A stretch of 63,435 nt of DNA, counting the filler, from Octopus bimaculoides (Eukaryota): the NCBI RefSeq assembly GCF_001194135.2. It is 6 parts of 6 records of this genome, joined end to end, with 100 filler letters (N's around TTAATTAATTAA, not from the genome) between each part and the next. Parts side by side here need not be neighbours in the genome. Positions count along the whole stretch, not along the records: positions 10,724 to 34,840 come from NC_068988.1; positions 34,941 to 45,737 come from NC_068991.1; 4 more parts are not named here. One strand, written 5' to 3'. A program made the position numbers and the translations under genes. Below, in pieces: positions 26,514 through 40,199 of this stretch; the first letter of the stretch is position 1; the number at the start of each line of letters is the position of its first letter. The notes under the pieces are model-generated. The model worked only from the letters and a program-made list of their open reading frames with translations, ran no database searches and was not told the DNA's origin.

Positions 26514-26518
<5 letters not shown>
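26402..26518 (-). mobile_element. Probable Penelope-type 3' terminus with a truncated hammerhead-like motif
   Basis: Minus strand: gTGAAGA-GAAGAT...ATCTTC-GAAAC-ATGT-GTC followed by ggaaataaaag. Confidence 0.45.
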
Positions 26519-26585
<67 letters not shown>

Positions 26586-27030
26586 TATTATACACATGTA
26601 CATGCACATACACATACATATAAACCCTCTTCAATATACATGCCAAATCAACAATGTAGAATATGTGGCCATTACACCTGCTAGAAATACCAGCCAACTC
26701 GCCTCAAATTTCACCTTGTGATTTTGAAAAATGAATAACAAATTGTATGAAACAACTATAAAATTGGCAAGCCTTGAGATCGCTAAATCAACTAAAATTA
26801 GTGAAGAAAAAAACTTTTTCAAACCGTGGAATAATGTAATCCCTGCTGTGCTGGTGATGTCTAACCGACTGAAGCATGTCGTTATTTATTCCCCTTTAGC
26901 AGCTAAATTACTCTTAAATTGCTTGTTACCGTCTTTCAAAAATGTCTGAAGCGTAAGATGGAGAAGTCGCGGTTGGAACGCCATTGATAACACGTCTGCT
27001 TTGTCAGAGCTGAGATAGGGGCTAAACGAC

Positions 27031-27069
<39 letters not shown>

Positions 27070-27549
27070 ACACACACACACAGACGCACATATACACACG
27101 CACACACATACACTCAAGCACGCACGTACACAAGCACACACATGCACATGCACACAAACACACAGACACACACACACATTCTAAAACAAAAGACCTATTT
27201 ACTGCGCCAGAACAAACAAGTAAATAAATAAATAAAATCTATAAACTTGCCCTAAAGGCAACAGCATTACTGAGATATTTGGCGCTGCAGAAGGTCTGGG
27301 TCAAAGTTCAAACATGACGTTATCCTACCCCCCCCCCACTCCCAACAACCTCGGCACACGTAACCTCCGACCTCTGACCCACTCGATTCGACCCATACCT
27401 ATTCCATTTTTGCTTCACTCCACTCTTCTTTTTTTCTGCGCTTTATACACTTTATACATTATGCACGAATCTTTCAAAACCACTGCATTACGTGCAATAT
27501 AAATTGGTCGGTTATTGAGGTGGATGTCTGGAATACTTGAAATGGTGAA

Positions 27550-27663
27550 ATGCGTGTATCTATCCACCTATCTATCGACCTATTTGAGCCCTGTGTGGCT
27601 AATAAAAGAAATGTATTTAGCTATTTCTCTATCAATCAATCTACTTATCTATATCTATCCATT

Positions 27664-27720
<57 letters not shown>

Positions 27721-27721
27721 G

Positions 27722-27756
<35 letters not shown>

Positions 27757-27809
27757 GTCTTTCTATCTATCTGTCTGTCTTTCTACATAGCTTTCTTTCT
27801 ATCCATCTA

Positions 27810-27844
<35 letters not shown>

Positions 27845-27881
27845 CCCTATCTGTCTATCCATCTCTTTATCTATCTATCTA

Positions 27882-27913
<32 letters not shown>

Positions 27914-29143
27914 CCTATCTCTCTCTCTCTCTCTCTCTCGCTCTCCATATATATNNNNNNNNNNNNNNNNNNNNNNNNNNNNNNNNNNNNNNNNNNNNNN
28001 NNNNNNNNNNNNNNNNNNNNNNNNNNNNNNNNNNNNNNNNNNNNNNNNNNNNNNNNNNNNNNNNNNNNNNNNNNNNNNNNNNNNNNNNNTATATATATAT
28101 ATATATATATATATGCTATATCCACGTCCGCACATCTGTGTATACATATACGTAAGTACGTAAGGATGTATGCATATATTTATAAATGCATGCATTCGTA
28201 TATATGCATACGAATTTATGTGCATAAAAATAAACGCAGACTTTAAAGTGCCTTTACGTATACGCGCATGCTTGCATGTAAGTATATATGTTTGTGCATG
28301 CGACAAAATGTATGTATGTATATATGTATGTATGCCATTTAAATACATGTGTATATAATTCGTTTATATTTGTATATCAATGTTTGAGTACGTGCTTCTG
28401 TGATTAGCAAATATACAGACATTCATAGTATGTATGTTTGTTATGAACGTGTCTACACGGAGACGTGCTTTGAATGTGCGTACATTCGTCTGTTACATGG
28501 ATATGTATATATCTGTCTGTTACGTGTGTTACGAGCAATGTATGGACTTGCTAGCGGAGCATTGAATCTCGCTAAGTGGTTTTGCCAAGTACTTGTAATA
28601 AAAGCAAAATTGCAACAAATAAACAGCCGCATACATACATATACATATACATACACGCATACATACATACCTGCATACAAGCATATATACATACACATAT
28701 GCATTCATATCTACATACATACATGTATACATACACACACGCATATATACATATATGCATATATGCATACAAGCATGCATGCATACATACATATATACAT
28801 ACACATATGCATAATGCATGCATACATACATACATACATACATACATACATGCATGCATACATACTTACCTGCATACATACATACACACACATACATACA
28901 TACATACATACACACACATACATACATACATACATACATACATACATACACAAGCATGCACACACATACACATACATACATATATACATACACACATACA
29001 TGCATACATACATACATACACACTTATAATCACTCGCACATACACAAACACATTAGGATACATACATATGTATGCGGACGCACTAACATACTTATAAGCC
29101 TTCATACAGACATATACACACAAACATACATACACTCTTATCT

Positions 29144-29198
<55 letters not shown>

Positions 29199-29300
29199 AA
29201 CATGCTTAAACATATGTATTCACACATAAATATACATTAAAATTCACTCACACACATACATACACACGTATATGCACTCATTCACACACATACACACTCG
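27550..29300. repeat. (TATC/TGTC)n then (TACA/CA)n compound microsatellites
   Basis: Direct inspection. Confidence 0.9.
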
Positions 29301-29489
29301 TAAATACACATATTCAATACATGCACGCATGTACTCACGCACACGCAAGCTTACACGCGTACACATTTCACTCGTATGGATTCATACACGCGCGCGCGTG
29401 CATAGAACTCAAGCATGCGGAAGAATTTGCTATCGACCAATGAAAAGCAACCTAATTCCGGGATAAGCCAATGATAGAATCGCATATAC

Positions 29490-29685
29490 GGTCGCTAGAG
29501 CTGCAAGAAATAGCAGCCTTCTCTCTTGAATTACACTGTCTTACAAAGAAAGGAAGGGCGCAGTTTTATAAATATGGTCCTTGAGATATACACAAAATGA
29601 GATGGTCATGGCTAGATTGTCTTTCATCATTTATCTGCTCCACCAGGGTTGTTGTCTTGGTCTAATTAACAACAACAACACGTAA
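29490..29685 (+). mobile_element. Family E copy with (AAC)n tail
   Basis: gcaagaaatagcagcc...gagatggtcatggctaga...cagggttg...ctaattaacaacaacaac. Confidence 0.65.
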
Positions 29686-30643
29686 AGCTACCCAGAACTG
29701 GTGATTGCTGAGGTAAGAAGACAACAAGAAATTGAACTACGAACCATGTGGTTGGGAAGCAAGCTTCTTACCACACAGTACTCCTGCATTTGAAGCCGTT
29801 GAATTTGTTCCTCTTTATAAGATTTATACTTTCTAAATCATTCGACAAGAGTTCGAGTCGTTCTGTTTATTTATTTTTATTCATTTATTTATTATTTTGG
29901 GGTGGGGGGCAGATTCGGAAGTTCACTTTGCTATCTTCATTGTCTCATAACGTTTTAATATTCATAACTTCAGATGATTTGCCTGTCATCGCAAAAGTCA
30001 TCAGAGATTTTGACGCTACTTCAGCGTGCGGTCTACCGCAGCATCCGTAGTCTACGCTGTAAAATGACCGAATCTAGGTTAGGGTTAGGAACACTTTGAA
30101 ATTACAAACTGAAAATTCAGAAGGCCAAGGTGCGTTAGTGCCTCCCCATATCTACACAAGAAATGTTGTTCTTCGTGAACTTCTACAGTGAATCATACCA
30201 ATATAGTATTTTGGGAGTGATAAATATGATTTGCTTGTTTTCCTGTTATTTTCGCACCTTATTACTTCCTCACCCTCCAATTATCAACTTTCATCGGGTA
30301 ACTCTTTCAACAATAACTCCGCTAAGTATTTTACCCAGCGCGCTAACGTTTCTGCTGACTCGCCGCTTTCGGGCCTATCATAATTGCCAAATAAAAATTA
30401 AGACCAGTTTTAAATGAGAGGCAGAGATATTCTGAAGAATCAAGATTTCTCTAAAGCTGACATACCCTTAAGCAAAAGAACAAGATTTTGTCAGGAGCTA
30501 AGCGGACACAATAAGCCTATCCGCTTCCGAAATATCATAGCAAGGTCAGCTCTGGAGAATTCTTGAATCTTGAGATTAAGCCACCGATCTTAGATGAAGC
30601 TGGTCTTAATTGCCTTTTGATAATTACGGCTCATCCTCTAGAG

Positions 30644-30767
30644 CAGCGGTTCTCAACTGGGTCCACATGACCCTTGGGGTTCCATATAAGATTTTGTTGT
30701 CACTTTTTATGGGCAATAAAACGGTTATGCTTCTACAATGCACAAAATGATTTAACAATTTTTGTTA
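30644..30767. mobile_element. hAT-type MITE, left part
   Basis: cagcggttctcaactgggtcca...ccatataagatttt matches the left ends at 34048 and 40200. Confidence 0.7.
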
Positions 30768-31025
30768 TACGAGGGTGAGTCAAAAAGGAATGCCAAAAAG
30801 TAATTTGAACAAAGAAGAAAATATACATTGCCATTGCTGCCAATTTATGTTGTATTGTATTTTATATGCTTGTAATTGTGTACGTTGTTCATATACATGC
30901 CACTGGCCAATTCGAGTTATTTCTCTTGGCACATTTTTTGTTTCAATTTTAGTTCATACATACACTTTTATTTTACGGACAATTTAGATATAACCCAAAC
31001 AGTCAAGTTATCCATTGACAACCGT
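30768..31025. mobile_element. Mariner-like element remnant
   Basis: TA followed by cgagggtgagtcaaaaag, a mariner-style TIR; right end only weakly recognisable. Confidence 0.45.
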
Positions 31026-31045
31026 TTATAAAAGAGCTGCTTACA

Positions 31046-31440
31046 GGCGCAGGCGTGGCTGTGTGGTAAGTAGCTTGCTTCCCAACCACTTGGTTCTGGG
31101 TTCAGTCCCACTGCGGGGCACCTTAGGCAAGTGTCTTCTACTATAGCCCCCGGCCGACTGAAGTGAGTGGGCTTGGTAGACGGAAACTGAAAGAAGCCCG
31201 TCGTATGTGTGTGTGTGTGACTTTCTCTCTGTGTTTGTCCCCCACTACTGCTTGATAACTGGTGCTGGTGTGTTTACGTCCCCGTAACTGAGAGTTTCGG
31301 CAAAAGCGACCGATAGAATAAGTACCAGGCTTTAAAATATAAGTATCGGGGTCAATACAATCAACTGAAAGATTCTTCGAGGCGGTGCTACAGCATGGCC
31401 GCAGTCAAACGACTAAAACAAGTAAAAGATAAAAGAAAAG
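31046..31440 (+). mobile_element. SINE family A, full length
   Basis: ggcgcaggcgtggctgtgtggtaagtagcttgc through cagtcaaacgactaaaacaagtaaaag. Confidence 0.9.
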
Positions 31441-31599
31441 ATTAACAACAAAAAGTGCATGATTCCATATGTGACCATCATGCAGGGAAGAACCTAGGTC
31501 TACATAATATAATCCGTATGGTGTGATTTTGAGGGCAATTTTTTTATCGCTATTTCTAGCAGGTCGATCAAACACTTAAGGCTTGCCTAAAGCGAATTA

Positions 31600-31735
31600 A
31601 GGTCATGACCTCGTGGATCCTTATCCACCGCCTCGCCCCATACACGAACCCGCCACACCGTTCTTCTTCCCTCCGCCATTCCTCCGCTTTTGGCAAACAG
31701 ACAGAACAGAACAAATATGGTTTCTATAGAAGACG
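31600..31735 (+). promoter_or_regulatory. Possible promoter or first exon: palindrome AGGTCATGACCT, GC-rich stretch, ATGGTTTCTATAGAAGACG|gtaagt
   Basis: Perfect 12-bp nuclear-receptor half-site palindrome at 31600-31611; ATG at 31717; consensus donor at 31736. Confidence 0.2.
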
Positions 31736-31844
31736 GTAAGTCAGTTTGATTCCGGAGATAAGAACATAAAGGAGGTTCCGTGAAGAATGGGGGACGTTCG
31801 ACGTGGCTATTGACTCTTCAGACAATTCCTCTACGCCTCAGACT

Positions 31845-33030
31845 ACTGTCACCACCACCACCACCACCATAAAACACCACCACCACCACCACCACCACCA
31901 CCACNNNNNNNNNNNNNNNNNNNNNNNNNNNNNNNNNNNNNNNNNNNNNNNNNNNNNNNNNCATTACCACCACCACCACCACCACCACCACCACCACCGC
32001 TACCAGCATCACCACTACAAGCACCACCGCTACCACCACCACCACCACCATCACCACCACCTCCACTCCCACCACCACCACTACTATTACTACGATCACC
32101 ATTACCACCACTACCACAACCACAAGCACAACTTCTACTATTATAACCACTACCACCACCACCACTACTACTACGATCACCACTACCACCATCACCATCA
32201 CCACCACTACTACTTCTGCTACCACCACCACTGCTACTACTACTACTACTACTATTAGTACTACTGCTGCTTCTGTTACTACTACTACTACTACTACTAC
32301 ATCCACACCACCTTTACTACTACTACTACTACTACTATTATTGTTGCTACAACTGCTACCACCACCACCACTACTACTACTATGCTGCCGCCACTACCAC
32401 CACCACCACCACCACCGCTACTACTACTATTACTACTTCTAATACTACTAGAGTCACTACCACCTCCACCACTACCACCATCACTACTGCTACTACTACT
32501 ACTGCTACTACTGCCAACCGACCAGGAAGTTTCTACGTGGTAATCGCTCGACACTTTAAAATCAAATACGATTGTCTTTAAGAAAAAAAAATGGACACAT
32601 TGAGCAATGTACTCCTAGACATACTATGCCACATTTCAACGTCTTTGATCGTAGTTTTTCTCACTCACTGCTAACTTTAATCAGAGCTCTTCTCAGTCAG
32701 TCATGGACTGATCTTAGCCCTTCTCAATCACTGCTGATTTTAATCATAACCCTTCTCAATCACTGCTGACTTGATCAAAGCTCTTCTCAATCGATCTTGT
32801 ATCGATTTCTCTATTTGCTTTCTTTCTTTGGTTTTCTTCTTTTTCTTCTTTTCTTCAAAACTTTCTTTCGTTCGGCGTTCTTCTTGTGCTGTCGACTTTG
32901 AACAGTTTTTCTTCCGCCCCTCTTCAGACTTTTCCTTCATTCTTCACTAGTGTATGGCAATTTCGTCGTCTTCTTCTTCTTATTATTATTATTATTATTA
33001 ATAATATTAATTATTCTTCTTCTTCTTCTT

Positions 33031-33061
<31 letters not shown>

Positions 33062-33850
33062 ATTCTTCTTCATTCTTCTTCTTCTCCCTCTCCTCCTCCT
33101 CCTTCTACTTCTCTTCATTCTATTTCTCCTCCTCCTCCTCCTCCTTCTTCTTCTTCTTCTAACTTCTCCAAACTTCTTTTAACTTCTAACATTTTCTTTT
33201 TAACTACTAACTTTTTTCCTTTGTTTGTTTCTTTCTTTCTTCATCTCTTCCTCCTCTTCATCTTCACCTTAACTTCTTCGAACTTCTTCACCTCCACCTT
33301 CTCCTCTTCGTCCTCGTCCTCCACTTCCATCTCTTCTTCCGATGCCTTCCGCCATTTCTTCAACAGAAAGCACCGACTCGATAAAAACCTATCCACACAC
33401 ACACACACACTCTCTCTCTCTCTCTCCACCCTCCTCACTTCCCTCTCTCTGTCTCCCCCTCTTGCACCTCCTCCTCCTCCTTTCGTACTACATAACATCG
33501 AGTCTCTTTCACATCCCACTCTCCCCGCACCCCATCAACCTAACCCAACCATCACATTCTCCATCGCCTTGGTAGTTTCTGATTTATTCAGCCTCCACTC
33601 CCTCCCTCCCCGCTGTCTTTTCACTATTTTCCCCAGCGTCACCACCACCACTACCACCACAACCACCGCCTTCTCAACAATAATATTCCTCACCCATTCC
33701 TTCTCCCAATAAATAAATAAATAAATAAACGTATAAATAAATAAATAAAAACCACTTTGATACCAACATCAGTACCAGCACCATCGAACACTACATTGTA
33801 GTTCGACAGCCCCCGTCATCACCACCTCCACCACTGTCGCCTCCACTTCC
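31845..33850. repeat. Second compound trinucleotide block (CAC, CTA, CTT, CCT, TTA)
   Basis: Direct inspection; includes a 31-32-bp minisatellite (ttctcaatcactgctga...) at 32658-32795. Confidence 0.9.
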
Positions 33851-34047
33851 ATCGCATATACGACCACCACTACCATCACTAGCGCCACCATCACCTTCTC
33901 AAGTATTATTCTCTCGTCTCCATTCGTCTCTCCGACTGACAAAAAATGGCACCGACATCAACACCAGCATCATTGTACATCTACGATGACTTCGTCGGCC
34001 GCCATCTTTACCACCACCACTACCACCACGGCTACCATAGCCTATAC

Positions 34048-34382
34048 CAGTGGTTCTCAACCGTAGTCCATAAGGCCCTGGAGGATCCATATAAGATATT
34101 TTGTGGGTGGGGGTCCAGGTAAATTGGGGATCCAACAGCATTCTAAGGGTTACTGGAAATTTTAGCCTCAGATATGTAGTGGTATGTATTGAAAGAAACG
34201 AGTTTATTTCACTAACGTTTTACATACTTCAACCTACGGAAGTTGATGTTTGAAAAAGAAAATAGGAATTTTGAAAGAAATTTCTATAAAACTAGTTTGT
34301 AGACATCGAATGGCTGTGGGGTCCACCAAAATAAAAAATTAATCAAAGAGATCTACAGATAAGAAATGGTTGAGAACCTCTA
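34048..34382. mobile_element. hAT-type MITE
   Basis: TIRs cagtggttctcaacc / ggttgagaacctcta; internal ctataaaactagttt...catcgaatggct shared with 40200-40541. Confidence 0.8.
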
Positions 34383-34809
34383 ACCGAAACGAACCCTACG
34401 AACCCTACAACCTTACGACGACCACTATTACGATAAATACCACCGCCTCTGCCGCTGCAACTACCAGCATTACCATCGCCATCGCCAATATTATCGTTCT
34501 TAAGCTTTAGCACAAAGTTTATCACTCATCCACTATCGTCCATGCTAGACTAAAAACAAAAACAGTAGTCAGACGCATTCTCTGACTGCATATTGTCGTC
34601 TGCTGCCTCCAGTCTAGACTGTCTAGACGTTTAGATATGGCTGACTTTGCGACTTGCAATCTGCACACGAGAACTATGTGCTGTGTGCATAAACACAGCG
34701 CGTCGCCATTACTGCACGCTGATATAAACACAACACTGGCCGTTTAAAAAGTAATGCGTTTTGTATGCGCGCGAGTGTATGTATGTATACATACATACAT
34801 ACATACATA

Positions 34810-34840
<31 letters not shown>

Positions 34841-35039
34841 NNNNNNNNNNNNNNNNNNNNNNNNNNNNNNNNNNNNNNNNNNNNTTAATTAATTAANNNN
34901 NNNNNNNNNNNNNNNNNNNNNNNNNNNNNNNNNNNNNNNNATATATATATATATAAATCCAGATATAACAACTATTGTTCAAAAATTGATTGACTTTGAA
35001 CCACCACCAGCCTGATGACTAATAAATAAGTGATGATCA

Positions 35040-35390
35040 ATAGTTAACTGGGTGAAAGAATATTTAGTGTTTCAGGCATCTAACAGCTAAGAGAGGATTA
35101 ATATGCAAAGAGAGGAAAAAGACGTTCTGCTTAGCAAGACATATTTTAAGATTTTTCTGTGATACCATTTCTGATAATGCGAACAGAGCAAACATGTGGT
35201 ACAAGGCAAATAAATATCAAGGAGTGATGTACGTAGAGGTCACGCCGCATGGGTGGGGGGAGTTAGCCTGTAGGGTTAAGAAAGCTCCGAAGAACACCAA
35301 ACTCAGCATTAAGGTCGTTGAGAAACCAGGGAGGTCCATCGAATCATATGTAAGACGTACCCCTTCAAGATCACATGTACTGCATACATG
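35040..35390 (+). mobile_element. Penelope-like element fragment (region preceding the GIY-YIG domain)
   Basis: WYKANKYQGVMYVEVTPHGWGELACRVKK...IKVVEKPGRSIESYVRRTP resembles the PLE motif FVPATPxGELA...IKVVExxGxSL. Confidence 0.6.
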
Positions 35391-35962
35391 GCTGCATTCA
35401 GGTGGTATATATGTATATATATTGTGGGGGGGATGTACGTGCGCATGCGTGTATGCGTGGTTGTGTGTACACCTGCGTGTCTGCTTATATGTTTGCGTGT
35501 GAATGTGTGAATGTTTTTTTTATCTGTGCATTCCAATATGTGTCAGTGCGTATCTGCTTGTGTGTGGGGGGGTTGAATAGGTAATCATGTGTGTATGCTT
35601 GTGTGTGTGCATTCTCGTGTGTGTGTGTGTGTTTGTGTGTATGTGTTTGTGTTCCTTCGTGCCTGTGTGTGAGCGCGTGTGCCAGTGTATATATGTGTAT
35701 GTGTGTATGTGTGCACGCGCGCACGTGTGCCTGTGCATGTCTGCATGTGTGTGTGTTTACGTGTGTATGCGTACTATATGCGTGGATGTGTTTGTGTGTG
35801 GTTGTGTGTTCTTGCGTTCCTGTGTGCGCGTATGTGTGCGTTTCCGTTCGTGTGTCCTTACTTTATCCTTACTTACCTATACCTATATGTGTGCTCATGC
35901 GCGCGTGTGTGCGTGCGTAGATGTGTATGGATGTGTATTGGAACTGTACATAGTTACAAGCA

Positions 35963-36377
35963 TTTATTGGTTTGGGTTCCTTCGCTGTTCTATAATGTGT
36001 TATTTCGTTTCAAAATATCTTTTTTACAAATTCCAGAAATGATGTTTTGATCTTATGTTTGCAAGAGATGATCACCTCAGAGTGCCTATTTATCGGGGTT
36101 TCCCTGGATGTGATTATTTCCAGAATTTCTTCTAGGCATAAGCTGCATACCCGTGATGTTCCGTTATATGGTGCAGCAGCTTTATATAATGGGTCGTATG
36201 TTCCACTCCATTCTGTTTAAGCCCTCAGACGAGGTTCGATAGAGATGTGGAATGTCTTTTATTTACATTGGAAAATGATGAGAGATAGTTCTGAAGACGA
36301 TTTTTCGATGTGTCTCCGGTGCCACCAATGTACGAAATAACACGTTATAGAACAGCGATGGAACCCAAACAAATAAA
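35963..36377 (-). mobile_element. Penelope-like GIY-YIG endonuclease fragment bounded by 46-bp inverted repeats
   Basis: Minus strand VISYIGGTGDTSKNRLQNYLSSF.../KAAAPYNGTSRVCSLCLEEILEII...NRHSEVIISCKH; inverted repeats 35963-36008 and 36332-36377 (3 mismatches). Confidence 0.7.
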
Positions 36378-36974
36378 CAAACGAGCAAATATTTGAGATG
36401 CTATACATATTACCACCAGAAACAATGAAAAGGTCACCATAAGAAAGTATCATTTATCAATTCAATCAACAAAATCCAACAACTGATAAATATAGCAGCA
36501 GTACCTGATGACTTGTTAAGTTCAGAATTTATTGAAGATAGTCATGCCTTAAATGAAATCAAACAAAAGAATGTACTACCCATCTTTAACATCTGCTGAA
36601 TGAATAGTAAAATATGCCCAACACTGCCGCACACACATCCATCCCCATATAACTACCATTCCTTCTTCTATTTCCATCCCATCCCTCCTCTCCACCAAAT
36701 ACACACAGAAATACCCACATAACTCGCTTAATCTTCATACTGGTATAGAGGATAAACATCACTCAGGTGTACATCTATAAATGTTATATCGCTTGAAGAA
36801 ATGAATCAATGGAGATGATCAACCCGATCCCCACGGATACTAGGTACTACGCTGTAGTCATCCCAGGAATACGGAGTGTGACCTTAAGAGTCGTGTGATC
36901 TGTGGAAACGCGCGTAGCGATGCATTAAATGTTTATAAATTCCATCGAAGCATTATTGTTATTATATGTGTGTG

Positions 36975-37320
36975 TGTCTTTTATCAGTTTCAGTCATTAG
37001 ACTGCGGCCATACTGGAGCACTTCCTCGAAGACTTTTTTAGTAGAATGAATAGACCCCAGTACTTACTTTCTTTAAACTCTGGCATGTATTCTATCGATC
37101 TCTTTGGCGAACCGCTATTTTACGGGGTCGTAAACACACCAGCACCGGCCGTCAAGCGGTGATGTGGAACAAACACAGACACAGATACACACACACACAC
37201 TCTCACACACACACACACTCTCACACACACACACACTCTCACACACACACACACTCTCACACACACACACACACGAGCACACATACACACGCACACGCGA
37301 ACACATACATACACACACAT
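36975..37320 (-). mobile_element. SINE family A, 3' half plus expanded central (CA)n
   Basis: gtttcagtcattagactgcggccatactggagcac...ttacggggtcgtaaacacaccagcaccgg. Confidence 0.85.
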
Positions 37321-37324
37321 ATAT

Positions 37325-37815
37325 ATCATCATCATTTAACGTCCGTTGTTCATGCTGGCATGGGCTGGACGGTTTGACCAGGGCTGATAAGCTGAGGGGT
37401 TGCACCAGACTCCAATCTGATTTGGTACGGTTTCTACGGCTGGATGCCCCTTCTAACGCCAACCACTCCGAGAGTATGTTGGGTGCTTTTACGTCCCTCT
37501 GGCACGGTTGCCAGTTGCGTCACACAAGTTTGTGACACGACTGCGATTTCACTTGGCTTCTACTCAAGCATGGCATATTACCGAAGGTCTCGGTCATTTG
37601 ACATTGCCTCCGTAAGGCCCAACGCTCGGAAAGTGCTTTATACGTGCCACTGGCATAGGTGCTAGTTACGCGACACCAGCATCAGCCACATTGCCTCCGT
37701 GAGGCCCAACGCTCGTCAGGTTTTTTTTACATGCCACTGGCACAGGTGCCAGTTACGTGACACCGGCATCGGCCACGACTACGATGTCACTTGGCATTTC
37801 GCCAAAGGTCTCGGT
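37325..37815 (-). mobile_element. SINE family C with an internal ~87-bp tandem duplication
   Basis: catcatttaacgtccg...ggatgccccttctaacgccaaccactccgagag; cattgcctccgt.aggcccaacgctcg repeated near 37603 and 37690. Confidence 0.85.
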
Positions 37816-38642
37816 CACTAGTCATTACTAGTCATTATATATATATATATATNNNNNNNNNNNNNNNNNNNNNNNNNNNNNNNNNNNNNNNNNNNNNNNN
37901 NNNNNNNNNNNNNNNNNNNNNNNNNNNNNNNNNNNNNNNNNNNNNNNNNNNNNNNNNNNNNNNNNNNNNNNNNNNNNNNNNNNNNNNNNNNNNNNNNNNN
38001 NNNNNNNNNNNNNNNNNNNNNNNNNNNNNNNNNNNNNNNNNNNNNNNNNNNNNNNNNNNNNNNNNNNNNNNNNNNNNNNNNNNNNNNNNNNNNNNNNNNN
38101 NNNNNNNNNNNNNNNNNNNNNNNNNNNNNNNNNNNNNNNNNNNNNNNNNNNNNNNNNNNNNNNNNNNNNNNNNNNNNNNNNNNNNNNNNNNNNNNNNNNN
38201 NNNNNNNNNNNNNNNNNNNNNNNNNNNNNNNNNNNNNNNNNNNNNNNNNNNNNNNNNNNNNNNNNNNNNNNNNNNNNNNNNNNNNNNNNNNNNNNNNNNN
38301 NNNNNNNNNNNNNNNNNNNNNNNNNNNNNNNNNNNNNNNNNNNNNNNNNNNNNNNNNNNNNNNNNNNNNNNNNNNNNNNNNNNNNNNNNNNNNNNNNNNN
38401 NNNNNNNNNNNNNNNNNNNNNNNNNNNNNNNNNNNNNNNNNNNNNNNNNNNNNNNNNNNNNNNNNNNNNNNNNNNNNNNNNNNNNNNNNNNNNNNNNNNN
38501 NNNNNNNNNNNNNNNNNNNNNNNNNNNNNNNNNNNNNNNNNNNNNNNNNNNNNNNNNNNNNNNNNNNNNNNNNNNNNNNNNNATGCATATATATATATAT
38601 ATACATGTACATATATACATACAAGCACACATACACACACAC

Positions 38643-38678
<36 letters not shown>

Positions 38679-38887
38679 GACAAATTGAATTTCCTGCAAG
38701 TTCAGACTGTGGCTAAGATATGTAGATTTATACATTTTAAATAAAAGACAACGATAATGATAAGGATGAGGGAGAGGAGGAGGGAATGAACGTGTGTAGT
38801 GGTGGTGGTGACGACGACGACGGCGATAAAATTAACTAAGAATGAGAACGAGTTTCGAATTGGTAGGAAGTCACGTTACACCATAAT

Positions 38888-38920
<33 letters not shown>

Positions 38921-39250
38921 TACTACCACTACCACCACCACCACCACCACTACTACAACCAGCACTATAACTACTACCACTGCCACTACTACTACTGTTG
39001 CCGGTTTACACGTCAGTTTAAGTGCGGTCATGTAAATTAATCTGTGTTTATTACATGTGGATGTCAAATTGCGTACGCACGCACCAGCACCAACGTAAAT
39101 GCATGAATATATGCACACACATGAAGTCGCACACACACGCGCGCGTACCTATATATCTATATACACACTAATACATAATTATCTCTATATCATTACGTGT
39201 ATAAATGTGTGTGTATGTACGTATGTATATTATATATATATATGTACATA

Positions 39251-39290
<40 letters not shown>

Positions 39291-39373
39291 CATACATACA
39301 TATATACATTTACATCGATGATGATGTTGTTGATATGTATATACATATATACATATAAATATATATATATATG

Positions 39374-39413
<40 letters not shown>

Positions 39414-39469
39414 AATTATCTTGCACGTATGTGTGAGTGAGTGTCTGTGTCTGTGTCTGTGTCTGTGTG

Positions 39470-39508
<39 letters not shown>

Positions 39509-39688
39509 ATGCGTGCGTGCGTGCGTGCGTGCGTGTGTGTGTATGTGTATGTATCTGTGTGTGTGTGCTTCCAGCCTTCCTTACGCCCTCAACTGACATT
39601 GAATTCGTAAGGCCACCGTCATGATGTAAAGCATATCTTGGACATTGAAACATGGAGGAGACCAGCCGATTTCATCATGTGACAGAAG

Positions 39689-39804
<116 letters not shown>

Positions 39805-40199
39805 CAGAGAGAAAAGCAGACGATAGGGAGATACAGAGAGGAAGATGAAGAGAGGGTTCAACGTTGGTGGTTATTTTTGCATTTTACACCCTTTCCAACA
39901 GCTGCTACCCAACGTAGATTCTCTTACTCTTAATACCTTCCATCAAAATGCTTGTAGTGTGAATGAAATAAGTATGGGGGGTACGTGTGTGTGTGCATCT
40001 GTGTGCGCGAGTGTGTACGTGTGTGTTGATGTGTGTGTGCGTAGTGTGTGTGTGTGCGCACGCTCGTGTTTGCGCGCACGCTCGAGTTTGCGCGCACGCG
40101 CGTGCCTATGACATATACGAGTAGCGGCCTAACATAAAAATTGAACGAGAATAGTGCCAAGGTAATGTTGTACTGAATATCTTCAGGAAGACACTACAT

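Noticed and set aside
30076-30092. aggttagggttagg telomere-like motif
   Set aside because: Only about two units; not an interstitial telomeric array
30397-30622. Diverged ~70-bp inverted repeat
   Set aside because: Identity too patchy to define termini; probably an old MITE with no diagnostic features
36895-36920. GAAACGCGCGT, resembling a schistosome hammerhead stem III
   Set aside because: No CUGAnGA or stem II upstream
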